Source: Eledone cirrhosa
Lineage: Eukaryota
Reading direction: 5' to 3'
DNA length: 64,000 bases
Assembly (NCBI GenBank): GCA_964016885.1
Contig: OZ024748.1
Span: forward strand, 21,142,001 to 21,206,000
The position numbers were made by a program, and so were the translations under genes. Shown here piece after piece: positions 13,295 through 26,122 of the stretch; position 1 is the stretch's first letter, and every line of letters begins with the position of its first letter. The notes under the pieces are model-generated. The model did no database searches. It saw nothing but the letters and a program-made list of their open reading frames with translations, and was not told where the DNA came from.

Positions 13295-14664
13295 ACAGAT
13301 TTGTTTTATAAATAAATATTGACATACCCGGAAAAAAGACAACCTTAACGGTTAGAGCTTCCTGGATAGTGGAGATATTACATTTATTGAGGGTAATACA
13401 AAGTTATGAGTGAGTATGCAAATGAGTGTCCGAAAGGTTGAAAAGATAACGGCTTATATAAATTAAACTGTTGGAAGAAGATGATATGTAAGGGAGAGAG
13501 AAAAAAAGAAAAAAAAAGAAAAAAGAAAAAAGAAAGGAGAAAGATAGAAGAGGAAAAAAAGAACGATTATATATATTGATAGTGAAGATAGAGTGCATGA
13601 AGAAATAAGTTTCAAAGGATAAATATACACAGCGTAAGTATATCTAAGTGAAAGAAGAAATAAGATTAACGTGGAAGAATAATATTTATAATGCAGGGTT
13701 CATTACGTTTTGATTATAATACTTATAATTGTTTGATAGGTTGAAAAATTAGATTAAAATTAAAAATTAGAGATCAAAATTAAAGATTAAAATTTGCCTT
13801 AGTATTAAAGATTTAATTTAATAATTTAATATTAATAATTAGTTTAAATGTGTATGTTAAGGATTATAAATTATTTAAGTAAATATATAGTATTTTACAT
13901 TAGAGAAAATCTAGTATAGTTTATTTTATTAAAAGTTGTAAGTCAAAATTTAAACATCCAAATAATTCTAAATTTTTGAAAGATTTACGAGAGTTTACAC
14001 AAGGAATAACCACTTAATTATATTATAAAAACAGTAAGGAAGTGTAAAGGAAGATAGAAGTGATTTTTTAACATCTCAGATGACTCCAAGTATTAAATGT
14101 TATAAAGTTAAAAAGTTAAAAATTTTTATCTTAAGAATATAATTAAAACATGAACCATAAGTTATTTTATACGAAGTCATAAATTTACTTGCTATAAAGT
14201 TTAAAAAATTTTTTTAATTTATCTTAAGAATATATTTAAAGCATAAACCATAGGTTATTCCACATATATATAAAAAAACCTATATATAAAAATCATGTGT
14301 TTTTCCACATATATATATATAAACATTTGGATATATATATTAAAAACGTTTGAAGATATAAAAATATAAAAATATTGGAAGGTATAAAAATAATGGTTTT
14401 TTTATATCTTTCAAAGGAATTTTCAAAAGATTTTTCCTAAAACCTTCCGTAAGTTTTTCAAGAAAAATTTTTCTTAAAGGAGTTTCAAGCAGTCATATAA
14501 AAAAATTTATAATCTATTGATAGGTGTAATAATATAAAGTATATAGTATATATATGTGAGGTAGAGATAATAGAAAGTAAATTAAATATATATGAATCAT
14601 ATATAGATATAGAAAACATTATATAAAGGAGATAAATGATATATTACATTTTATATATATATTT

Positions 14665-15120
14665 AAAAGTTGAGTTTAAACGATGTTTACAGGAACTAAA
14701 TAGATTATTTCGCAAATTAATAGAGTTCTTACTTTTTAGTATAAAGAATGTTTCTTCAACGCAAAGTGAGCAATTTTTGGATAAAGCAGTGTATGAAGGA
14801 GACTTGGAAATAATTTTCCAAAGTAAAGAATAGTTAATATTCTTGGATTTTAAGTCCCATAATAAGTTAGATAGTGGTATTATGGTTAGGTTTTAAGTTT
14901 CTATTATTAATTCTATTAATATTCTGCGCTAAATTCATAGTAGTGGAATATGAGAGTTTAATAGTATGTCTATTAAAGATTGAGTAATACCTGTGTGTCT
15001 TAGGAAAGCACTTATCTAGAGCTTTAAAGAATAATTTAGCTATAGGAGTTTTAATACTTAATGAGAAAGGGGGAACGAACCATAATGTATTTCTAGTTCT
15101 ATTTTTTCTTTTGGTTTTCG
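14665..15120 (-). pseudogene. Penelope-like ORF remnant: post-RT region fused to the C-terminal half of the GIY-YIG domain
   Basis: Hand translation: RNTLWFVPPFSLSIKTPIAKLFFKALDKCFPKTHRYYSIFNRHTIKLSYSTTMNL, then after a frameshift TTLSNLLWDLKSKNINYSLLWKIISKSPSY...CSLCVEETFFIL...INLRNNLFSSCKH; resembles WFNPP...KVSYS and LSK.IW.LK...W.I...C.LC..E...LN.R.E....CRH motifs of invertebrate PLEs. Confidence 0.8.
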
Positions 15121-15640
15121 AGTTATTAATATTAAATTATTAAATTAAATCTTTAATATTAAGGCAAATTTTAATCTTTAATTTTGATTTCTAATTTTTA
15201 ATTTTAATCTAATTTTTCAACCTATCATTATAAGTATTATAATCAAAACGTAATGAACCCTGCATTATAATCTTATTTCTTCTTTCACTTAGATATACTT
15301 ACGCTGTGTATATTTATCCTTTGAAACTTATTTCTTCATGCACTCTATCTTCCCTATCAATATATATAATCGTTCTTTCTTTCCTCTTCTATCTTTCTCC
15401 TTTCTTTTTTCTTTTTTCAATTTTCTTTTTTTCTTTTTTTTCTCTCTCTCCCTTACATATCATCTTCTTCCAACAGTTTAATTTAAATAAACCGTTATAT
15501 TTTCCATCTTTCGGACACTCATTTGCATACTCACTCATAACTTTGTATTACCCTCAATAAATCCACTATCCAGGAAGCTCCAACCGTTAAGGTTGTCTTT
15601 TTTCCGGGTATGTCAATATTTATTTATAAAACAAATCTGT

Positions 15641-15704
15641 ATTTTATCTGATGAAAGCGCACATTAATTTGCCTTGGTTGCTCTTGAAATATGTATAATA
15701 AAAT
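15641..15704 (+). ncRNA. Type I hammerhead ribozyme (family C, right arm)
   Basis: attttat-CTGATGA-helix II-GAAA-tatgta-TA-ataaaat. Confidence 0.85.
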
Positions 15705-15836
15705 AAATATTGTTTTATAAATATAGTTTCCATTTATTAATATATTGTGTATTTACTCCACTAAACTGTTGAGTGCTTTATATAAGTTATAAAAATGTTT
15801 AAACTTATTGAATCCCAACACATTAAATATAACCTC

Positions 15837-15900
<64 letters not shown>

Positions 15901-16056
15901 TATACAGATATATACAGATACTTAATTTATAAAATTTAAAAAAAAAAAAAAAAATTTTCTAATCCGGAAAAAAATTCTTTTTGGATTTTGTGAAGAAAAT
16001 AAATTTGTTGAAAGCACAAGTGAAGCCATTTTATTTTTGTTCTCCCCCCTGTCTTA

Positions 16057-16113
<57 letters not shown>

Positions 16114-16179
16114 AAAAAATATATATACATACATACATATATATAAATATGTATATATATGTAATTGTGTGTCTGCGAT

Positions 16180-17075
16180 CAGAATATTAAACTTAGCACT
16201 ACTGGACATGAAAAACTGATACTCAAAAACTCAGCAATGTCAAGTAGTCCTAAGTTTAATATTCTGATCGCAGATTTGGTACGAGTGATGAAGAATGTGT
16301 CCCGCATGTGCGACCCAACAGAAATGGAAAGACACATCCAACACTTCATCAACCGCATGCAGTTCTCTGGCTACAACCAAAGAGACAGAGTCAGAGTATA
16401 CGAAGGAGCCATGGAGAAGTATAAGACCCTCATTGAACTGGACATGAAAGGAATTTGCCGATTATACAGGAGCAAATCATGGAATAGCTTAGATAGGGCT
16501 AGACATAAGATAGGGAAAGCCACCTAATGGTACGACAACCAGAGATACCAGAGTGTCATGTTTGTGGACGCTACCCCTGGACGCTAACCAGTGTAGAAAG
16601 GCCCTGAGAAAGACCCACTTAAAGATTAAGGTGGTAGAAAAGCCAGGAACCACCATAAAATCCCTGATCAGCAAAACCTACCCTTTTAAGAAAACCCACT
16701 GTACTAATAGGAAATGTATCATATGTAAGGTAAACCCCCGGATAAACTGTAAAACTAGAAACGTAGTCTATAGCATAAGATGTACAGAGGGTACTTGCAG
16801 AAACATGACAACAACATACATAGGCGAGACAGCCCGTAGCATAGGTGAAAGGATAGACCAACACTGGGGGGAAACTAAAAGGACGAAAAAACGGTTCAGT
16901 ACTATACGAACATGCCAGACAACAACACGACGGTAACATAGACAACATAGAAATTAGAATAATATCTAAACATAGAAATGACCCAGCAGATAGGCAAATC
17001 AGAGAGGCCAGTGAAATAGAACTTAGAAGGCCAAGGCTAAACAGAAAGAATGAATGGAATAACAACAACACCCAA
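16180..17075 (+). pseudogene. Penelope-like (Neptune-like) RT C-terminal region, Cys-rich linker and GIY-YIG endonuclease; frameshifted
   Basis: NSAMS...K.NILIADLVRVMKN...MQFSGY; IKVVEKPG; C...CIIC......CKTRNVVYSIRC...C.....YIGETARSIGERIDQH; RQIREASEI.....LNRKNEWN. Confidence 0.9.
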
Positions 17076-17299
17076 ACAAACAACACTGACCTAAGAGAAG
17101 TATAAATAAATAAATAGATAAATAAATAAATACATACACAAGCACAATAACAACAAACACATATAAACACACACTAGTAAAGATAGAATACATTAACCAA
17201 TACACAGTCACCCAATCACGAACACACATCAAACAAAACACTATAAACACACGCAAACGCATGCGCATAGAAGACAAAATAAAATAAACAAATAAATAA

Positions 17300-17590
17300 A
17301 TATATAAACAGACTAAATAAAGATGGCGTAGAAAATACAATGCAACGGGAGGAAACAATAGCACCACTGACGATGTTGCAGATGTGCAACGAAAGAACTT
17401 TGATAAACTATATATATGTGTTTGTGTCTATATTGTATCTGTATTATTTTTGACCGTTGGTCAGTCAATGGCAACATTGAGGACCGAATAAATTAGATTA
17501 CCGATATAAAAGACACAAAAGCGAAAAGCGAAAACCAACCAAACAGTGAGTGTGTTCTGTTATTAATTCTGGCAATATTACACAAATACG
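17300..17590 (+). mobile_element. Pseudo-LTR of the Neptune-like element with a hammerhead-like core at about 17358-17410
   Basis: CTGACGA-t-gttgca[gatg]tgcaac-GAAA-gaac-TT; helix I weak; second copy at 56500-56790. Confidence 0.75.
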
Positions 17591-17654
17591 AGGGGGCGAG
17601 AGAAAGAGAGAGAAAGGCGTGAGTAGGTGTAAACAAACTCGTAGATATATGTGT

Positions 17655-17752
<98 letters not shown>

Positions 17753-17872
17753 GTCTCAGTTCATACGCAAGTTTATATCTAACATATGGATATGTGACAC
17801 ACACAAACTCGCACGCACACACACACACACACAAACATATATATAAACGTGTGTGTATGTATATATATAAAT

Positions 17873-17960
<88 letters not shown>

Positions 17961-17968
17961 TTATATAT

Positions 17969-18062
<94 letters not shown>

Positions 18063-18180
18063 GTGAGGTTTTTTTACAAAATGAAAAATAACCGAGGTGT
18101 CCTACACGAGTGAAAGTATAAAGAAAAAAAGATGAAATCGAAAATGCAACTTTTTTTAAATATATATATTTATTTGGTTC

Positions 18181-18216
18181 CTTTACCGGTTTCGCAGTTC
18201 TTCTGCTTTTCAAAAG
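18181..18216 (-). ncRNA. Minimal hammerhead with variant core (U3, A8)
   Basis: ctt-TTGAAAA-gcag[aagaa]ctgc-GAAA-ccgg-TA-aag on the minus strand. Confidence 0.55.
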
Positions 18217-18267
18217 TAGAGTTGAGATGGAGGGTCTGTGGTTTTTCTCACATCTATATATATATAT

Positions 18268-18511
<244 letters not shown>

Positions 18512-18988
18512 TCAGACAATATGTGTCCTATAATATAAGAAGAGAAAGAGAGAATAAACTGAGAGACAGAGACAGGCATCAAAGAGACAGAGAAAGAGTG
18601 ACTGATAAACAGAGAGAGGGACAAAAAGAAAAAGAAAAAGAAAGATATGTAAGCTGTTTTTAGTGGGTTTCCTTGTTTATCTAACTATATTAGTGCTCTC
18701 CTTTCAACTAAATTTCATATTATATTTATATCTTTAATATAATTATTGGCTCAAATATCTTTCCATTTATTTTTTCTATGTATTTTTTTTTTTTTTTTTC
18801 AAAATTGTTATCACAAATATAAGAAAACAATGAGCTGAAGTACAAGAGACGCTGTGTGAAACCTTAAAATTAGACATTTTAAGAAATAAATCACAATCAT
18901 TAATATACATATAAATATGAACACATACACAAACATACTTATACATATACATACATATATTTATAAGTATGTATATATATATATGTGT

Positions 18989-19040
<52 letters not shown>

Positions 19041-19150
19041 CTATGTATATATGTATATATGTATATATGTATAGTTCAAGGAGACAACAAACCAAAGTAC
19101 AAAAGATCTAGTTTCATACTTTATATGGAAAAGAGGAAACGTGATAATAC

Positions 19151-19415
19151 AAGAAAGAAGAGTGACATGGTTTGCTATACAATAAGGGCTTTCCTGAATA
19201 AAGCCCTTATTGTATAGCAAACCATGTCACTCTTCTTTCTTGATTTATTATTACTCCAAGTGTAAACTACATAGACATCACCGCGTACTCGCAGCATCAC
19301 TATGGAAACGTCTTGTTGAGTCAAACTTAGCCAAGCGTTAATACTATCCACTACTCGGTGTACCCTAACTGGACTACATCTAAGTGGACTACCTATAACA
19401 ATAATTTGTTATCCC

Positions 19416-19416
<1 letters not shown>
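19151..19416. mobile_element. Fold-back element, 42-bp perfect arms plus long right-hand tail into (TA)n
   Basis: aagaaagaagagtgacatggtttgctatacaataagggcttt / exact reverse complement at 19200-19241. Confidence 0.7.
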
Positions 19417-19499
<83 letters not shown>

Positions 19500-19554
19500 A
19501 TTTGAATAAGGTGAAACAGTTATTCTCGCTAATGGTGAACTAACTCTTGTGGAG

Positions 19555-19646
<92 letters not shown>

Positions 19647-19676
19647 AGATCAAAAGATGGTTAAAAGAGTTCCATG

Positions 19677-19747
19677 TATTTTATTATGCGCATTTCAAAA
19701 ACAAATATCATCATGCAATAACATTTGTGTTTTCATCAGATAAAATA
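19677..19747 (-). ncRNA. Type I hammerhead ribozyme (family C-related)
   Basis: tattttat-CTGATGA-aaacacaaatgtta...tgatatttgttttt-GAAA-tgcgca-TA-ataaaata. Confidence 0.85.
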
Positions 19748-20120
19748 GGAGGACATGATATGAAGGTTAAAAACACTTGTGGATGGTGCAGTTTTAAATC
19801 AACATATGATCTTATATATTATGTATACTCCAGTCCTACAAACTGTATAGTGCTTCTTATCCGATATCTGCATTGCTTTATTGTACTACAATAAAACTCA
19901 CCTCCTACATATATATATATATTCAAAATTATAAAACAGTTAGACATATTTTTTTTTCATTTCTATGCACGTTAACTATTGTTTAAACTTATCTTTTAAG
20001 TTTGGTTTCAATCTTGACATAGAGTTTGTTTTGGTAATGTATTCATCTAAAACGTATACAGATAGAGCTTCTCTCATTTTAATAAAGAAAATAATGAAGT
20101 ACTTCACTATAATCACATTT

Positions 20121-20251
<131 letters not shown>

Positions 20252-20254
20252 TTA

Positions 20255-20285
<31 letters not shown>

Positions 20286-20286
20286 T

Positions 20287-20380
<94 letters not shown>

Positions 20381-20443
20381 CATATACATATATGCTTATA
20401 TAGACATATATATATATATAATACTGTTTCTTTGTTCCATATT

Positions 20444-20483
<40 letters not shown>

Positions 20484-20684
20484 GTGTATATATATAAATA
20501 TATATATGTATGTGTGTGTGTGTGTATGTGTGTGTATGTGTGTGTATGTGTGCGTGTGTGTGTGTGTGTGATAAACTCTTTGTTAAATATACAATAAGAT
20601 ACACAATACAAATATATTTTGACACAACAATGTATATAGAAGCAAATATACCCCAAATACAGTTCTTCAAATATTAATATTCAT

Positions 20685-21345
20685 GTGTATATATATGACT
20701 GTATGTGTATATGTGTATACATTTGTATATATGTGACTGTATGTGTATATATGTGACTGTATGTATATATGTATACATGTGTATATATGTGACTGTATGT
20801 GTATATGTGTATATATGTGACTGTACGTATATATGTGTATATATTTGACTATGTATATATGTATATGTATGTGACTGTATGTGTACATGTGTAGAAACGA
20901 CTATGTATATATATGTGACTGTATGTATATATGTATACATGTGTATATATGTGACTGTATGTATACATGTGTATATATGTGACTGTACGTATATATGTGT
21001 GTATATGTGACTATGTATATATGTATATGTATGTGACTGTATGTTTACATGTGTAGAAACGACTATGTATATATATGTGACTGTATGTATATATGTATAC
21101 ATGTGTATATATGTGACTGTATGTGTATATGTCTATATATGTGACTGTACGTATATATGTGTATATATTTGACTATGTATATATGTATATGTATTTGACT
21201 GTATGTGTACATGTATAGAAATGACTATGTATATATATGTGACTGTATGCATATATGTATACATGTGTATATATGTATATGTATGTGACTGTATGTGTAC
21301 ATGTATAGAAACGACTATGTATATATATGTCTGTATGTCTGTGAC
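20685..21345. repeat. Complex minisatellite built on atatatgtgactgtatgt
   Basis: gtgact(g/a)tatgt motif recurs about every 18-30 bp, with higher-order blocks marked by agaaacgact. Confidence 0.85.
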
Positions 21346-21487
21346 CATTATTGCTAGTTGTGTCTTATTTACATGGCACCGGCAGCCATTTTTTAATAAT
21401 TTAGATGAACAGACTGTTACAATCTGCCACAAAAGTATAAATATCTTAGTAACTAGAAATTGACGTGTAACTATAAAAATTGTGAGA

Positions 21488-21650
21488 GCGTGTGGCTTAG
21501 TGGTTAGGGTGTTTGGCTCACGATCATCATATCCTGGTTCCGATGGCCGAGATAGTGTGTTGCTTTCTTAAACAACATCATTTATTTCGTTTTGATCCTG
21601 TCCACTAAGCTGAACAAAGTTGTACTTGTAATTCTAAGAGCCAGCTTTGT
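21488..21650 (+). mobile_element. Degenerate tRNA-derived SINE
   Basis: gcgtgtggcttagtggttagg A box, ggttccgat B-like box; similar to 8291. Confidence 0.65.
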
Positions 21651-21657
21651 CTTATAT

Positions 21658-21945
<288 letters not shown>

Positions 21946-21966
21946 ATATATATATATATATATAAT

Positions 21967-22023
21967 AAAAGTTTCAGAAGATGCCGTTAAGGGTGAAAGC
22001 AGCGATTCTTTGCTTAAACTTTA
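21967..22023 (+). ncRNA. Hammerhead-like motif with CAGAAGA core
   Basis: aaaagttt-CAGAAGA-tgcc[gttaag]ggt-GAAA-gca[gcgattctt]tgc-TT-aaactttt; 8-bp helix I; aataaa downstream; isolated between (TA)n tracts. Confidence 0.65.
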
Positions 22024-22040
22024 CTCTGTTATTTTAATAA

Positions 22041-22106
<66 letters not shown>

Positions 22107-22109
<3 letters not shown>

Positions 22110-22734
22110 AGCAGTTGTACCCGACGTGTGTTAGGGAAATGAATGACAGCCTGTGTGTCCGTATAAAGAGAGCCAAAGGTTGAGCAAAGAATTGAAATGT
22201 AATTGTAAAAAGAAGTTTAACAAAATGGGTGTACAGTGTCATGATTGAGTGAAATAAACGGCAACATAAAAACAATTCATGGGGTAGCTTGAGTTAATTG
22301 ACGTGAATGATTTCAGGTCCGGCCTTGCTGTAGTAGGTATGAGTAAGGGGATAAAGATGGAATAGACGCACCGTATGTCCTTCAGTAGACTAAACCCTAT
22401 GCGTAAGATGGCGCTGCCACTACCACGTTGACCATCCACTGGACATAGAAATATCATTCCTTGAAGCAAATCGGCCTAGTACTTCAAAAGTTAAAAGGAG
22501 CTTAGTATTTGTACACAGACAGATACACACACAAAATCGATTTTTCGGCCCCAATATCTATTTTTCAAATTTGTTTTCGTCCAAAACCTGCTCTGGCATA
22601 TAAGCAATACGTGTGCCAAATTTGGTTGAAATCGGCCTAGTACTTCAAAGGTTAAAAGGAGCCTAGTATTTGTACACAGACACACAGACAGACACACACA
22701 CACACACTGACCGACTTGCTTTTATATATAGAGA
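22107..22734 (-). mobile_element. Non-autonomous Helitron-like element
   Basis: Minus strand starts tctctatatataaaagc, contains (tg/tctg)n and a duplicated ccgatttcaaccaaatttggcac-type block, and ends gggtacaactgctatt (CTAG-like end); the layout of short invertebrate Helitron derivatives. Confidence 0.6.
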
Positions 22735-23045
22735 TTATATTAATAAATGGAAACTATATTTATAAAACCATAATTATTTTATTATATATATTTCAAGGGC
22801 AACCAAGGCAAATTTTGGTGCGCTTTCATCAGATAAAATACAAAATTTGTTTTATAAATGTTGACATACCCGCAGAAGAACAACCTTGACGGTTAGCGGA
22901 TCACTAGATAGTTCGATGGCTTTATAAATATAGTTTCCATTTATTAATATAATGAATATTTACTCCACTAATCTGTTGAGTGCTTTATATCAGTTATAAA
23001 ACTTTTAAGTTTGTTGAATTCCAACAAATTAAATATAACCTTTGT
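22735..23045. mobile_element. Family C fold-back mini-element with hammerhead at 22776-22839 (minus)
   Basis: High identity to the ends of 13187-15840; short inverted arm 22921-22952 followed by the same tail. Confidence 0.85.
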
Positions 23046-23059
23046 ATATATATATATAT

Positions 23060-24188
23060 ATATTAATTCCAAATATTAACAAAATAGATATTCTTGTGAT
23101 CAATTATATTTGATTATACATATTTCAGAGGTACTGAATTAAGTTCAACAGTACGTCCTCATCAGACAAAATAAAATGATACATGACATACCCTGACATG
23201 GTAGATGGATAAGATTTAATCAAGGTAGTGATTAACTTATGACAAAACTCAATATGTATACCCTAATATTGAGAACATGAGAAAACGTAATACAATCAAT
23301 AGAGAGAGTGTGAGTAATATATTTTAAGAAATACATGGATTCAATATAACAGTTATAGAATTTTTAATATTTAAAAACTACTGGAGAAATAGGAGGGAGA
23401 GGAAAGCATAGAGGAAGAAGTAGCTGATGTTATAACTTATTTAGTATTTAAATCCTTTCAATTTGTCTTCATAAAATTTGAATTTTAGAAATTTAACATA
23501 ATTATATTATAATATTAATACAAATACCTAATAACTTTTCAAACCTAAAATTTGATTCTTTACCCTGAAATAACATAAATTAAATGTTTTGAAAATTAAC
23601 GCCAACTATATATGAATATGTGTGTGTAGTAACTTGAACATAAATTACTCCCCTTTGTCTCTCTCTCTCTCTTTAATCATCTTTCATCTGTCTTCTCAAG
23701 CTAAATACTAAATAAGTTATAACATCAGCTACTTCTTCCTCTATGCTTTCCTCTCCCTCCTATTTCTCTAGTAGTTTTTAAATATTAAAAATTCTATAAC
23801 TGTTATATTGAATCCATGTATTTCTTAAAATATATTACTCACACTCTCTCTATTGATTGTATTACGTTTTCTCATGTTCTCAATATTAGGGTATAAATAT
23901 TGAGTTTTGTCATAAGTTAATCACTACCTTGATTAAATCTTATCCATCTACCATGTCAGGGTATGTCATGTATCCTTTTATTTTGTCTGATGAGGACGTA
24001 CTGTCGAACTTAATTCAGTACCTCTGAAATATGTATAATAAAATATAATTGATCACAAGAATATCTATTTTGTTAATATTTTGAATTAATATTAATAACT
24101 CTGGAAAAAAATTTACCGTAGAGTGCTTCCAATCTATTGTAAAACTCATTCTTTGATGTATTCATTGAATCTTGTTTAACTCTTAAAT
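23060..24188. mobile_element. Family D fold-back element, ~390-bp inverted arms (23060-23450 / 23702-24092), hammerheads at 23108-23172 (minus) and 23980-24044 (plus)
   Basis: attttgt-CTGATGA-ggacgtactg...cagtacctct-GAAA-tatgta-TA-ataaaat; right-hand tail 24093-24188. Confidence 0.88.
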
Positions 24189-24381
24189 ATATATATATTT
24201 AATACAATAACAGAGATAGCTTAACGCTAAACTCCGACTGGTAACCATCTCACTCAACAAACATTAGGTTATATATTAGTATAACCCAATTTATGTGTTT
24301 GGGGTGCTAACTATATGTATTTTGTGGAAAGCCAGTTGTATTATTTTATGAGATATAATTAAAGTTAAAATATATCTCTCT

Positions 24382-24506
24382 TTCCAAACAATTGTTTCAT
24401 TATAAGTTTTCTACAAATTGGGAGAATGTTTCCAGTTTATGTAGAAGCCTAACATATATTCATGTAAGAATATATTTAGGTGGGCACTTATAAATCTTCA
24501 GTGGAA
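24382..24506 (-). ncRNA. Hammerhead ribozyme with a large branched helix II, inside repeat 24200-24540
   Basis: tcca-CTGAAGA-t-ttataag[two hairpins]cttataa-t-GAAA-caattg-TT-tgga; homologous to 62511-62635. Confidence 0.75.
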
Positions 24507-24655
24507 GCCCATTAAACTTTGATATAAGAAAAAATTCTTACCGCAGTTAAAAATCGTGTCTGCTAAGCTGCTCCCTCACGCATCGAATGACCGCCAAATT
24601 TGAAATTCCAGCAGTCTTTTGACTGAGGATATATATATATATATATATATACACA

Positions 24656-24753
<98 letters not shown>

Positions 24754-24848
24754 TTACAGTTATCTTGTCCAATATCTTCGGGACTCTTGGTAATGCAATG
24801 TTGCGCACAATTACGTGTGTATATATATATATATATATATATTTCTCT

Positions 24849-24887
<39 letters not shown>

Positions 24888-24890
24888 TCT

Positions 24891-24929
<39 letters not shown>

Positions 24930-24933
24930 CTCT

Positions 24934-24980
<47 letters not shown>

Positions 24981-24989
24981 CTCTCCTCT

Positions 24990-25034
<45 letters not shown>

Positions 25035-25084
25035 CTCTCCCTTTGTCTCTCAATTTTTCCCCAATAACTTCCTTTGGTTATTGA

Positions 25085-25780
25085 CGCACTGGAGTAGAAA
25101 TGTCCATGATCTCCAGAAGACGAAATTACCCCGTGCTTTCCTTTTATTTATAAATACATTTTTTCCAGTAACAACGCAGCCCCTGTTCCTTCATAAATTT
25201 TTATTAAGATTTTGCTGTGACCTGTTCTCTCTTTCACCTTATCTACTTTGTCGCTATCAACTCTTCCCCTCTCTTTCTTTCTCTCCCTTTCTCCCTCTCA
25301 CTTTTACTCTCCCTCTCTCTGCTAGCTGCCCCGCTACTTCAGCTGTTTTTCTCGACTCTGCATCTTGTTTTTCTACTCTCGCGGATGTCAGACCTGTTTT
25401 GTTTTTTTCGCTCCCTGTTTCACCGTCTACTCAGCCTCGGTCTCAAGTCCAGTAGCTGATGTTGACAGCCTTACTTTGTCTTCCGTTGCTACTACACGTG
25501 CTTCTCGTGTTTCCCTCTTCGATATGTTTTTCCCGATTTTTTTTCCGTTTATTTTCTTTCTTTTTTCCCTTCTGTTATATTTTTTTCTCTCACTTAATTT
25601 TTCCTCAAAAACTTCCTTTAGTTATTGAAGCACTGGAGCTAGACATATTGTCTTTAATGCGTAGAAATGTCCATGATCTCCAGAGAACAACTGATGAAGG
25701 GAAATTACCCCCGTTCGTGCTTTCCTTTTATTTATAAATGCATTTTATCCAGCAACAACACGGCCCCTGTTCCTTCACAC
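25085..25780 (+). mobile_element. Element bounded by ~110-bp direct repeats (25086-25192 / 25629-25777), pseudo-LTR-like
   Basis: gcactggag...gtagaaatgtccatgatctccaga...cccctgttccttca present twice; second copy contains ctgatgaaggg. Confidence 0.65.
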
Positions 25781-25807
25781 ATTTATATATATGTGTATAT
25801 GTATGTA

Positions 25808-25957
25808 CATATATATTGGAAAATGTGTGAGATCCTTGGTACAATTAGGTATATTTGAAAAAAAGGAAAAGAATGACCTCACATATAGCTGCTACGAAGG
25901 AACCGATACCGTAGCAGCTATATGTGAGGTCATTCTTTTCCTTTTTTCCAAATATAT
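25808..25957. mobile_element. Fold-back mini-element, ~46-bp arms with left tail
   Basis: aaaaaaggaaaagaatgacctcacatatagctgctacg / cgtagcagctatatgtgaggtcattcttttcctttttt. Confidence 0.7.
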
Positions 25958-26040
25958 ATATATATATATAATCAAGGTTTAGCAAATAAGAAAAAGTTTC
26001 AAAATAAATTTTAAAAAATTAACTTTACTTACTATGGTTA

Positions 26041-26122
26041 CCTTTACCGAATCGTTTTCGAGTCTCAAAAATAAACGGAGCCCATACGGCATCCGTTGCA
26101 AAAATAAACTCTCGTCAGAAGG
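26041..26122 (-). ncRNA. Type I hammerhead ribozyme with extended helix II
   Basis: cctt-CTGACGA-gagttt...aacgga..gcc[gtat]ggc.tccgtt...agactc-GAAA-acgattcgg-TA-aagg. Confidence 0.75.

Larger units (their letters stand above)
13187..15840 (-). mobile_element. Penelope-like element (family C), 5'-truncated and internally deleted, with ~630-bp inverted pseudo-LTRs and a 3' tail on the right arm
   Basis: Inverted arms about 13187-13839 / 15123-15749, tail 15750-15840, (TA)n on both sides, a hammerhead in each arm, PLE coding remnant inside. Confidence 0.9.
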
